Made by a program: the position numbers and the translations under genes. Below are positions 23,891 to 35,802 of a stretch of 64,000 bases of DNA, in pieces (position 1 is the first letter of the stretch; every line of letters begins with the position of its first letter). Under the pieces are notes generated by a model. It saw only the letters and a program-made list of their open reading frames with translations. It was not told the origin of the DNA and searched no databases. Where the stretch lies: positions 26,412,001 through 26,476,000 of the forward strand of contig NC_043009.1 in NCBI RefSeq assembly GCF_006345805.1, given 5' to 3'. The stretch comes from Octopus sinensis. Taxonomy: Eukaryota.

Positions 23891-24430
23891 ATGCTTGAGC
23901 ACACTTCACTTCATCCTACCTGGATATATGGATATCAATATATTTCTTGAAACGTTACAATATTAACAACTTTCGCATCACTTACTCTATATTGCACTTC
24001 CGCAACAACTACACTGCAGCACAAATTTCTGTAGACAATGTGATGATAGAAAACTACGACGTCAAATTGCTTAAACCTCATGGTCAGAGTTATTTTCTAA
24101 GTGTCGCCATGAAAACGAATTCATATCTTAAACCTTAACAACACTAATGAGCCAATTTAACAAACGCGCAGATTTAAAAAGACTAATCCAAATAAGTCAG
24201 GAGATTATCCACTGTGCGTACGTCAATATTATACCGTATTTGTCAGGGTATAAGATGCATCCCTGCTTTACAAATGTATTTTTTAAAAAAAGCAGATTTG
24301 CTTCATCATGCATAATGAAAGATATTCTGAAGTGTTTTGTAGGGGAAGATGTATAAGTCTCCGCATCATAAGTATACGCTTACTCTATTTCCACTCTATC
24401 TTCTTTTAGATCAACAGCATAGGTTAACTT

Positions 24431-24785
24431 ATACTTGTTTCAGTCATTGGACTGCGGCCATGCTGGGGCACCACTTTGAAGAACTTTTGTCGGGTGAATC
24501 GACCCCTGTACATTTTTTCTTTAAAGCTTGGTACTTATTCTGTTATTTTTTTGCCGACCCCTATCGTACAAGAAGGTAAATGCACCAACACCGGTTGTCA
24601 AACTGTGTGGTGGGGGACATACACACATACACATACACACACGCTGAGCTTCTTTTTGTTTCCGTCCAACAAATCCACTCACAAAGCTTTGGTCGGTCCG
24701 ACACTTGCCCAAGTTGTCACGCAGTGGGACTGAACCCTGAACCATATGATCGGGAAACAATCTTCTTACCACACAGCCACGCCAG
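24431..24785 (-). mobile_element. SINE family A
   Basis: tacttgtttcagtcattggactgcggccatgctggggcacc at the left; cttaccacacagccacgcc at the right. Confidence 0.85.
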
Positions 24786-25145
24786 GATTGTCATTCAGGA
24801 TTAAGCTTGTATTTCTGACTGATGTCTTGTATAACAACTGTCGGCCACCAGGCTGGCGCTCTAGTTCTTTAGTCATCCTTTCGTCTCGAATAGCTAAGAG
24901 ACAAGTGAAAACTTAATACAGCTTTCATTTTCCGAAAATTTTTCATAAAGATGATAAACAGATGTTTCTTGAAGGTAAGATAGTCATTTAATACTGTAAG
25001 ACATAGATCAGGCGTGGGCTTTGTATGTATTGTGAGATGATGTGCCTTCCCCACATAACAACCGGCATACAGTAAGCAATTTTTTGTAAATTTGTGCTAA
25101 CAAACATTGATAATTTGACATGTTTCCAGTATCTTATTATTTTGT

Positions 25146-25545
25146 ATGGCAGCGAGCTGGCAGAATCGTTAGCACGTCGGGCGAAATGCTTAGCGGTATT
25201 TCGTCTGCCTTTACGTTCTGAGTTCAAATTCTGCCGCGGTCGACTTTGCCTTTCATCCTTTCGGGGTCGATTAAATAAGTACCAGTTATGCACTGGGGTC
25301 GATATAATCGACTTAATCCGTTTGTCTGTCCTTGTTTGTCCTCTCTGTATTTAGTCCCTTGTGGGTAGTAAAGAAATAAGTATTTCGTCTGTCTTTACGT
25401 TCTGAGTTCAGATTCCGCCGAGGTCGACTTTGCTTTTCATTCTTTCGGAGTAAATAAATTAAGTACCAGTTGCGTGCTGGAGTCTATCTAATCGACTGGC
25501 CCCTCCCCAAAATTTCGGGCCTTGTTCGTAGATTGGAAAAGAATA
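25146..25545 (+). mobile_element. SINE family B, dimeric, CpG-rich
   Basis: Same layout as 5018-5430. Confidence 0.85.
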
Positions 25546-25570
25546 TTTTTCTTATTGATAATCACTGTAC

Positions 25571-25705
25571 CTGGCGGAACTTATGGTCATCCGGCTCTCT
25601 AACATACGGTGCTTGGCCTGCTACCTGCGGTACGGCCACATTAAACGCATGGCAATTTTGGGATAGATTTAAAAACAAGTTCTTCTTATACACCGGTAAA
25701 TATTG
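25571..25705 (-). CDS. Candidate orphan exon (135 nt, phase 0-0), product unknown
   Basis: gttgaatgttag| ... cgccag|gtacag; the only open frame is QYLPVYKKNLFLNLSQNCHAFNVAVPQVAGQAPYVREPDDHKFRQ; unique, CpG-containing sequence. Confidence 0.22.
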
Positions 25706-26322
25706 CTAACATTCAACACGCAAAAGTCGAATAGCCACGGTAGGGGTTATGGAAATTATATAAATGCTAACAATTTCAAATAAAAGACTTAGAATTGATA
25801 TTTGCAAACCTGCTTTCAATGTAAAACTGAATAAACAGTCGAGAAATGAGTTGAAATGAAAGGCATTGGGGGGAAAAAAATCATAAACGAAGATTGGCTT
25901 AACAGGAAAATTTCTTCCGCACAAAGAAGTGGTCAAGTGAACGGTCATTTGATTTGAAATCCATCCATTCCTGCGAAGATTAATTCACTTTGAACATCTT
26001 CCAACTGAACAGCAGTTGATATTTGATGTTAGAGATTTGCGCAATAACAAATATATTTATGTAAATATATTCCGGTGCTGCAATACTTTACACATATATA
26101 CACACATTCATAGACGTGCGTGTATATCTATTTGTTAATCTATCTATCTGACTGTTTCTTTATCTGTCTATTTGTTAGCTGTCTTTATTGTCTGCCTATT
26201 TATCCGTTTATGTCTGTCTGTGCATCCATCCATCCATGCAGCTGTCTATTTGTCCATCCATAGATACATCTAAATATCGTTCTTTGTGAGTTTGTGCCAG
26301 CCTAAATATACAAGCCGAGTGT

Positions 26323-26681
26323 GGAGGCGCAATGGCCTAGTGGTTAGGGCAGCGGACATAGGATGCGGTTTCGATTCCCAGACCGGGCGTTGTGAGTGTT
26401 TATAGAGCGAAAACATCTCGAGGCTCCGGCAGGGATGGTGGTGATCCCTGCTGTACTCTTTCACCACAACTTTCTCTTACTTCCTGTTTCTGTTGTACCT
26501 GTATTTCAAAGGGCCGGCCTTGTCACTCTCTGTGTCACGCTGAATATCCCCGAGAACTACGTTAAGGGTACACGTGTCTGTGGAGTGCTCAGCCACTTAC
26601 ACGTTAATTTCACGAGCAGGCTGTTCCGTTGATCGGATCAACCGGAACCCTCATCGTCGTAACCGATGGAGTGCTTCCACC
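26323..26681 (+). mobile_element. SINE family C with 11-bp target-site duplication
   Basis: acaagccgagt at 26310-26320 and 26682-26692. Confidence 0.9.
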
Positions 26682-27077
26682 ACAAGCCGAGTACAAATAC
26701 AACTCGATTGTGTCTAACTATAGAGAAGCAGTAAATTGTTTCAACGTGGTTAAAGTGTCTAAGGAAATAACCTGCGGTATTTGTTCCGAAACTCGGAGCT
26801 CTGAATTCAAATCGCTCTGAGGACAGCTTTGCTTTTCATTCTTTCGGAGTCGACAAAAACGGCACCAATCTATAACAGGAAAAATATCCTATATTCCAAA
26901 TGGCTATTGGTGCTGTTCTAAGTATCTTTATATAATGTTTCATCGTTTTTCTTTTAATTGCCATCATTGTTTAAACTGTACAGTATGTTGAAATGTTAAT
27001 CAAGAATGGTGAATTTGAGAGGGTTTTTTTCTTTTGCCGTACCCTGTAGTACAAAATATATATTTAAAAAAAAACTA

Positions 27078-27383
27078 GTACTCCGTCGGTGACGACGACG
27101 TGTGTTCCACCTGATCTGATCAGCTGAACAGCTTGCTCGTGAAATTAACGTGCAAGTGGCTGAGTACTCCACGGACACGAGTACCCTTAAAGTAATTCTC
27201 AAGAAGATTCAGTGTGGCCAGAATGTGACGAGGCTTGCCCTTTGAAATACAGGTACAACACAGTTTTGCCAGCTGAGTGGACTGGAACAACGTGAAATGA
27301 GTATCTTGCTCAAGAACACAATGCAGGAATCGAACTTATGATCGGGAGTCGAATTCCCTAACCATTAAGCCACGTGCCTTCAC
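27078..27383 (-). mobile_element. Hybrid SINE: family D-type head/core joined to the 3' module of the 26323 element
   Basis: gctcgtgaaattaacgtgcaagtggctgagtactccac is the reverse complement of 26580-26620; cagctgagtggactggaacaacgtgaaatga matches the family D core. Confidence 0.7.
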
Positions 27384-27599
27384 AGAACAAAATAAGTTCA
27401 CATATTGGCTTCAAATTTTGGCACAAGGCCAGCAGTTTCTGGGGAGGGGGTAAGCTGATTACACCAACCCCAATCTTCAACAGGCATCTATTTTATCAAC
27501 CATGAAAGGTAAAGTCGGCTAAATCAAAGATTAACTTCATACGTAAGGAAATATATATTCACACATAAATCTACATCATCTCACAGTTTCTCTCAGATG

Positions 27600-27965
27600 T
27601 GATATCCTTTCTGCTATAGACACAAGGCCTGGAGTTTGGTGGGAGGGAGCCAGTCGATTAGATTGAACTGGTACTTAATTTATTGACTCCGAAAGGCGGA
27701 ATTTGAACTCAGAACGTAAAGACAGATAAAATACTTATTTCTTTACTACCCACAAGGGGCTAAACACAGAGGGGACGAACAAGGACAGACAAACGGATTA
27801 AGTCGATTATATCGATCCCAGTGCGTAACTGGTACTTAATTTATCGACCCCGAAAGGATGAAAGGCAAAGTCGACCTCGGCGGAATTTGAACTCAGAACG
27901 TAACGGCAGACGAAATATGACTACGCATTTCGCCCGGCGTGCTAACGTTTCTGCCAGCTTGCCAC
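27600..27965 (-). mobile_element. SINE family B, dimeric
   Basis: Closely similar to 7545-7930. Confidence 0.85.
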
Positions 27966-28198
27966 CTTCTCACTGATATGAAATATATTGTAGTAAAACA
28001 TGTGGATGGCTATGCATTGGGCATAAATGACATTATCTTTTTGGTTTTTATTTCACACATTACATTTTTTAATCATACAATTCTGACTACAACCATGGAA
28101 TATTTCCAATACTTTTTTTTTTGTTGTTGTTTGTATATCAGGATAGAAGACATCAAAATAATTCATTAAACAAATGAAAATTCTTGTATCTTTATTAG

Positions 28199-28327
28199 AT
28201 TCCATTTAGCGCGATTCTGTCCCAAGCAGATTCAATCTGACAAAGAGTACTCGAAGAATTTAACAAAATAGTAGAGGATTGCAATTCTTCTTCTTGTAGT
28301 TTTCTAATACAAAATATCCAACGTTTG
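28199..28327 (+). CDS. Candidate exon (129 nt, phase 0-0) with one in-frame TGA
   Basis: tatctttattag| ... cgtttg|gtaagt; IPFSAILSQADSI*QRVLEEFNKIVEDCNSSSCSFLIQNIQRL. May instead be non-coding. Confidence 0.22.
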
Positions 28328-28589
28328 GTAAGTGGAGATATAACATTTCATTTATCTCTTCTGACGGAATTAACAGATTAAAATAATTGATTGCATCATT
28401 CTGCAATGGTTCAATGGTTCTTGGTAAGATTCCACCTCGATACATATTTATTTTGATCTTGTTTTATTTGGAAACAAATTTTTGGCTGAGCAAACATCAG
28501 AGGGGAATTTCTGTTTGAAAAAGAATGGCGAGACTCGTGATTATTTTTATTTATTTATTTATTTACTACTTCTTTAATTTTTCCTTGTT

Positions 28590-28935
28590 TAAGTTATTTG
28601 ACTGCAGCCATGCTGGAGCAACGCCTTGAAGAATCTTTAGTCTAACAAATCGACACCAGTATTTTTTTCTTTCAGCCTGTTATTTATTCTATCCATACCT
28701 TTTGTCGAACTGCCATGTTACGGGGACGTAAACACACCAACACCAGATGTCAAGCTGTAGGGCCTCACACACTTATGTACAACAGGCTTCTTCATCAACA
28801 AAATCCACACATAAAGCTTTTATAGACCCAAGGCTATAATAGAAGACACTTGCCCAAGGTGCCACTCATTGGGGCTGAACCTGGAACCAAGTGGTTGGGA
28901 AGCAAACGTCTCGTCAAATAACCACACCTGGCCCA
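28590..28935 (-). mobile_element. SINE family A
   Basis: gactgcagccatgctggagca at the left; agaagacacttgcccaaggtgcc and the head at the right. Confidence 0.8.
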
Positions 28936-29548
28936 TATATATTTATTGTAATTTTTAATAATTAAATTATGGATCATGCTCTAAATTAAAAAGCAAAAAG
29001 TGAGTATTACAGATCCCTTTACAAGATGATGCCCAGATGATTCTTCATTATTATAAGGAATTTTTTCAGTGAGTTTCTCTAACAAATCCGAATTTGACCC
29101 TGAAGATATTTGGTCTCTCTTCTTACATAATTATCTAGCGTCTTTATTCCGTTTTTACCGGTGTCTGTATGTCTGTCTGCCACAACCGTTGTTGGTTTGT
29201 TTACATCTCCGTGACTTAGCAGTTCGGTAAATGACACCGATAGAATTAGTACTAGGTTTTAGAAATAAGTAGAGGATTCGATACATCCGACTAAAACTCT
29301 TCGAGTTGATGCCCCAGTCCAATGACTGGAACAAGAGAAAATATTTTTTTAAATGTGTTGACAGTGACTTCGAAGTTTCAGCCTTCTTGGTCTTTATAAA
29401 GCTGTGGTACATTTGAATTCGCTTTGATTTTACATAATCTCTATTAGCATTTTCTGGAGCAAGAAGAGAGCTCTCTTGATAATTAAGTATTGTAGAGTAG
29501 GTTGTGATGGTAAGAGAATATGGATGCTTCTTATTGATATATATATAT

Positions 29549-29900
29549 ATCATCATCGTTTAACGTCCGTTTTCCATGCTAGCATGGGTTGGATGGTTCG
29601 ACCGGGGTCTGGGAAGCCAGGAGGCTGCACCAGGCTCCAAACTGATTTGGCAGTGTTTCTACAGCTGAATGCCCTTCCTAACGCCAACCACTCCGTGAGT
29701 GTAGTGGGTGCTTTTTACGTGCCACCGGTACAGGTGCCAGGGGAGGCTGGCAACGTCCACGATCGGCTGGTGGTTTTTATGTGCCACCTACACGGAAGCC
29801 AGTCAAAGCGGCGCTGGCATCGGCCACGTACGGATGGTGCTTTTTACGTGCCACCGGCACAGGTGCCAGGGTAGGCTGGTAACGGCCACGAACGGTTGGT
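29549..29900 (-). mobile_element. Family E element with (GAT)n tail and internal tandem units
   Basis: catcatcgtttaacgtccgttttccatgctagcatgggttgg...gcccttcctaacgccaaccac, then repeated ggtgctttttacgtgccaccgg units; short tandem-repeat tails are typical of RTE-mobilised elements. Confidence 0.8.
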
Positions 29901-30506
29901 GCTTTGTACGTGCCTATTTAATGTACACCGTATACAGATAAAAGTTACTAATAGTTTCATGCTGTGGAGACACGTATCTTGCCAGGATTTTATTATACGC
30001 CTTGTGTCTTCAAGCAATCTTCAGGTTATTATACCCGGAGGACTCTTTCATAGAATTATCTCCTTATGTGTCTCATCAGCCAGATATATCAGTTATATGC
30101 TGAACATATAAGGTGGATTCAGCCAGAATATTGGTTCAGGCCTGGGAACATAAGAAACTATTAACAGCCTGTATCTTCTGTGTGCATTAAATTATATTTC
30201 TCTCTCACCATGTATAATGTTTGTGTCTCTGTGACTTAGGTATATAGTGCTATTTAACCCATGAACTGTCGATGTTACTGCTGTTAATATTATCAATTAA
30301 AAATATTCACCATAGATGGTATTAACAGAAGAAACATCTTATTTTGAATGTTTTTGCATATATATATATACATATCAGTTATATTTAAAATTAAACTTTA
30401 GATAGATTTTAAAATGTAGTATCCAAACCTTGCTTTAGGTATGTCCCTAGTGGTGTGCCATTACAGCTACCAGGTGTCATCCGCCATACTGCACTTTCGT
30501 CACAGG

Positions 30507-30568
<62 letters not shown>

Positions 30569-30570
30569 GT

Positions 30571-30787
30571 GGAGGTGCAATGGCCCAGTGGTTAGAACAG
30601 CGGACTCGCGGTCGTAGGGGGGGGCGACCCTTGCTGTACTCTTTCGTCACAACTTTCTTTCTTCTGTTGGCCTGCTCTCTTAGCCAGCGGGGTGGGATCA
30701 TTTGAAGGCTAAAACAATGCGAAGCGCATTTTGACCAGCGATGTGTAGCAACATCTGATAGCCTGGTCGGTCACGTGATCACGTGAT
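30571..30787 (+). mobile_element. SINE family C, internally deleted
   Basis: ggaggtgcaatggcccagtggttagaacagcggactcgcggtcgtag...cacgtgatcacgtgat tail. Confidence 0.8.
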
Positions 30788-30812
30788 ATGTATGTATGTA
30801 TGTATACACATA

Positions 30813-31101
30813 CAGTGGCAGAATGGCCAGCTTGCCCGATGGCAAGTGGGCGCCTGCACTATTAGAATCCATACATGGGAGCCTGTGTCAGTATATAAGG
30901 TGCCCATCCCCTCAAGCTTGAGAATTTTTTATTCACTCCTGGAAGAATGCATTAATTATTTCAGCCTGGCTGTGTTTGTAGACAGTTGAAAAGAATACTT
31001 TTAACAAAAAAAAAATAATAAATTAAATGAGAGCATTGTAGTTGTAGGTGGGCCCCCATAGTCTCCTGGCAACCAATATTTTTAGACCCAGTCAGCCACT
31101 G
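30813..31101. mobile_element. Degenerate hAT-type MITE
   Basis: cagtggcagaatgg ... ccagtcagccactg termini; flanks tacacata and cacacaca match at 6 of 8 positions. Confidence 0.5.
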
Positions 31102-31676
31102 CACACACATGCATATTTTTAAAGCATCAATGTAATGTAGGGAGCATTAAGAAACTGACAATATCTTACATAAAGCGTTATTATACCCCAAGAACTCTTT
31201 CATAGAATTATTTCGTTATGTGTCTCATCAGTCAGAAAACAAATTATAGCTTAGTTGAAGTTTTAGAAAACAGCCGCCCCTCTCCATCATGGCCTGGATA
31301 CAGTTTTATTCCATGTTGCCAGATTTCTCTGCAAGGCCCTGGTTATAAAAGGGAGGTTGTTCTAGTGGTTGTTATTGCTGTTGTTTAACCCCAGATGAGT
31401 CCTGAGCGAACAAATCTAGCCAGGACCAACTCTTCATTTTCCTAAGTGCCTTGGACCCAGGACCACATTAACCAAAGTGTCCCTTGTTTTTAAAACAGAA
31501 GAATGTAATATGAGGGAAACTTGTTGCCTTTTTCTAGCAAGTCGAACAACCACGCAGAGGCTCTATTGATGGTTTACAGTTCCAGTGGTGATAGCAGCAG
31601 CAGCAGTAGTAGTAATAGTAGTAGTTGGAAATGTAGCAGGTGACTAGGAACAGTAGAAGTAGTAATTTAAGAAGCT

Positions 31677-31732
<56 letters not shown>

Positions 31733-32594
31733 ATGGTGGTGGTGGTGGTTGTTATGTTGGTTATAGTAGTAGTGATGGTGACAAGATATTAATTGCTGTT
31801 TTCTGTAGTAGTAGTAGTAGTAGTAGTGATGGTGGCATTGATGGCAGTTCAGTAGTGATGATGATGATGATGATAGTGATAGTAGTCATATAAAACAAAA
31901 CAAAAAAAAAATAGTATTTCTTGTGGCGTTGATGGTGTTGTTGTAGTTGTGGTCCTGTTGGCTGATTCCCAAACCAAAAGTTTAAATATTGGCATTCTCC
32001 AGTCAATTTTCACCTAGTTTATGTCAATAAAGGGCAGGTTGCAATATATTTAAGAGCCAGCACTGTTAAGTTGACCATGATGATGATGATGATGATGATG
32101 GTAATCATCATCATCGTTATTGTCGTCATCATCATCATCGATGTCGTTGTCATCATCATCATCATCACCGTCAGCAGCAATATTAGCTGCAGCAACATTA
32201 CCATAATTATTATTATTATTATTATTGTTGTTGTTGTTGTTACAGAGAATGAAAGACAAATCGCATAATTTAAACAACATCCGGGCAGAGGAATTGAAAC
32301 AGAAATTATAAACACTATACACACAACTGTGTGTGTGTGTGTGTGTGTGTGCCTGGTCCAGAATGCATGTGCAAATCTGTATGCATTTGTACATGAATGT
32401 TACATTATATATATACACACACACACAAACATATATATATATACAGTTATAAATAGATATATATACATATATATGTATACACACACACACATATAGAGAG
32501 ATATAGATAGATATATACATATATATGTACACACACACACACATATATGTACATACACGCACACATATATATAGATATAAATACATATATATGT

Positions 32595-32626
<32 letters not shown>

Positions 32627-33379
32627 GTATGTACATGTGAACATATGCATATATACATGTACATGCAGGTACATGAGTAGATATGTGTGCATATATAGCA
32701 TATTTATGCATGTGTACAAATATAATAATGTGTATATACACACATACATTTACATGAATGCATATATTTATGTGAGCATTTATGCATCTGTATGAGACAC
32801 AAAGTATGGATTGAATTCTAGGTAAAAAGAGCTTTCAGGATGTGTATATGCCAACAGTAAACTCTAGCAGAACAATATACCATTCCTTATCAATGGAATT
32901 TGCTAGATTCGAGTTGCTAATAAGGTTTAATTTAGGTATCATTATCTTTACATAATTTTGAAACCAGAAGTTTCAAAATTGGAATTTGTCCAAGATTCTT
33001 CATAAAACTAATAGACACAACATAACAGAAGTGACCATATATAATAAATATTCAATGGAAGGAACCAGTGGCAGGGATGAGGAGGTAATTTAGAGTAAAG
33101 GGGACGATTTAGCCCTGCCAGATACAATGTCCCTTATGCCGGTTTGTTTGTTCATTTCTTCATGTGTCAACTTTTCTATGCTAGAATGAATTAAGTGAAT
33201 ACATTGCTGAGATATTGTTTTGCAGGTGAATGCCCTTCCTGTTGCTAACTCTTAACTGTTTTTTCAAGAAAGGTATCTTTTATTTCATGCATCTTTGAAA
33301 GCACAAACCCATCGGACAATTTGCTGAATACGAAATGACAACAACATCAAGCGCAAATGTAAACAAGCACTCACATATT

Positions 33380-33600
33380 CTTTCCTACTCTAGGCACAAG
33401 GCCCGAAATTTTGGGGGAGGGGGGCGGCCAGTCGGCTTGATCGACACCGGTACACGACTAGTACTTAATTTATCAACTGTGAAAGGATGAAAGGCAAAGT
33501 TGACCTCGGTGGAATTTGAACTCAGAACATAAAGACAGACATAATACCGCTAAGCATTTCGCCCGGTGTGCTAATGTTTCTGCCAGCTCACTGCCTTATA
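33380..33600 (-). mobile_element. SINE family B
   Basis: aaaggatgaaaggcaaagttgacctcggtggaatttgaactcagaac...gccagctcactgcc. Confidence 0.8.
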
Positions 33601-34434
33601 AAACACTCACATATTATTTTCTACTCTAGGCACAAGGCCCGAAATTTTGGAGTCAACTTGTTTGACTAAAGGCAGTGCTCCAGCATGGTCACAATTAAAT
33701 AACTAAAACAAATAAAATAACAACAGAATGTATATGTGTATGTTTAATATTTGTATGCACTTCAATGACTCATTGGCAAGTTGTTTTTTTTTATTCCAGT
33801 GTCCATACCCAGCTTTAGTTATTTGTAAAAACAAGTACAACCTCAAAATTATTACTAACACACACAGGATAGTTACATTATACATGAATACTACTTCTAA
33901 ACTTTATGTACTCAGTGACAGTTTAGTATCAACAGCCCACACTATCAAACAGTATCATTCATATATTCTAATGACACGTTCATTATAACTAATTAAGAAT
34001 ACAGAAGCTGCTGTTTTAATTAGTAGCTACAGAATGTAGTGTATATTCTGACAAAAAACATCATTGTTTTCATATTGTGATGTCTCTATTCAAGAGATAC
34101 AATAAAGTTCTAAGGGATATTTTATTTACAATAAGGTTATAAAATATATTTTTACTAAAACTGTCATCTTAAAAATCATACATCATAAATTCCACACCTC
34201 TGCACTTTGTAAGAATAGCACCAATTTGTGTGATGGGTGTGTGTGTGTGTGTGGTGTGTATTTCTCTTACATAAATATTGTTGTCATAGCGCCAATTAAT
34301 TTTTGATTATTTTTAAAGAGCACTTTTCAATGAAAAATATCTCACTATAAAATTGAATTGTGTAGTGTACCAGGCTTTTATTCACACAAATATATGTGTG
34401 TGTGTGTGTATGCATAGATATACAAACTGTACAT

Positions 34435-34615
34435 CATCATCATCATTGTTTAACATCCATTTTCCATGCTGGCATGGATTGGACGGTTCGACTGGGGTCT
34501 GAGAAGCCAGGAGGCCGCACCAGGATCCAGTCTGACCTAGCAGTGTTTCTACAGCTGGATGCCCTTCCTAATGCCAACCCCTCCAAGAGTGTAGTGGGTG
34601 CGTTTTTATGTGCCC
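34435..34615 (-). mobile_element. Family E element
   Basis: catcatcatcatcattgtttaacatcc...gcccttcctaatgccaacc. Confidence 0.8.
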
Positions 34616-34676
34616 ACCTTCCCAAAAATTTCAGACCTTGTGCCTAGAGTAGAAAAGAATATTTGACATTTATCCT

Positions 34677-34895
34677 AAGGCGGCAAGCTGGCAGAATTGT
34701 TAGCACGCCAGGTGAAATGCTAATAGTACTTTGTCCGTCTTTGTTCTGAGTTCAAATTCCGCTGAGGTCAACTTTGCCTTTCATCCTTTCGGGGTCGATA
34801 AATTAAGTACCAGTTACGTACTGGATTCAATCTAATTGACTGCCCCCACCAACCTCCCCAAAAATTTCAGGCCTTGTGCCTAGAATAGAAAAGAT
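34677..34895 (+). mobile_element. SINE family B, CpG-decayed
   Basis: ggcggcaagctggcagaattgttagcacgccaggtgaaatg... Confidence 0.8.
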
Positions 34896-34917
34896 TATTT
34901 GACGTTTATCCTATTCA

Positions 34918-34957
<40 letters not shown>

Positions 34958-35802
34958 CCTATGTTTGTTGACATCTGTTCTCTAGATGTCATGAGCTACG
35001 ATTTTGTCATTTCTCCCTCCAAGAAATGAACAAAAGTGCTTCTGAAGACATGTGAAATGAGAAATTTTGTACTTTAGAAAACTAGGTAAAAGTTAGTGAC
35101 AGCAAAGTTATCCAGTTATAAAGCAATGCCCCGATAATGTATTCACCTAACCCATGCCAGCATAGAAAACAAGCATATAAACGAACAACACACACACATA
35201 TATATACACACATACATATACTTAAATGTACACACACATGTATATGTATGTGTGCAAGTACATGCATCAGGCTGGGTTTCAACACTCCTAACAAAGATAT
35301 CACAATATTATACAGTTATTATTATATATAAGCCTAATTCTATAACGAGTTATTAATTAGCTTTTCAATACACTCCCTACCCACTATATATATATATATA
35401 TATATATATTTATTCCCTAATATTATTATTACATATATATATATATATATCCACTCTTCTGTATTACTGAGTTTTCAATGAGGGTTTATTGTTCAAAATG
35501 GAAACTTTCGTTATAGTACTGCATGTGCTTTCTCTCTCAACAACTCATGCATTTTCTATAGAAAATTGGCAAATAATTGACCTCCCACAAAACAAGTAGC
35601 ATTGAGGTTAAGGATGTCAGAACCATGATTAAGTATTCTGGAACCATGCTATCATCCCATTGGATACAGCTTGTACAACCACAGGTACATACTTACATTC
35701 AAGCAAATGTGGGAGTATCTATGGAGTCATTGCGCTTGCAAGACATAGCAGCTAAATCACTCTCACATTACACCCTACCATCTCATATAAAGACAGGATA
35801 CT

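Noticed and set aside
26323-26395. tRNA-like sequence (also 12020-12090 and 20563-20630)
   Set aside because: A/B boxes are present but the sequence continues into SINE bodies with tails and TSDs, and no complete cloverleaf is evident.
29155-29556. 133-aa minus-strand ORF
   Set aside because: Spans a family E tail, a family A fragment and a copy of the 8671 hairpin arm; composite of repeats.
29700-29900. Regularly spaced ggtgctttttacgtgccacc units resembling a CRISPR array
   Set aside because: Internal tandem units of family E, also at 53790-54050 and 59000-59150; spacers are related to each other; eukaryotic context; no cas genes.
30060-30084. CTGATGAG...GAAA on the minus strand as a hammerhead
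   Set aside because: No stem II can form between the boxes and there is no stem I.
33884-33919. ATGA-N11-AA...GA as a SECIS for the TGA exon candidate
   Set aside because: Helix II positions do not pair.
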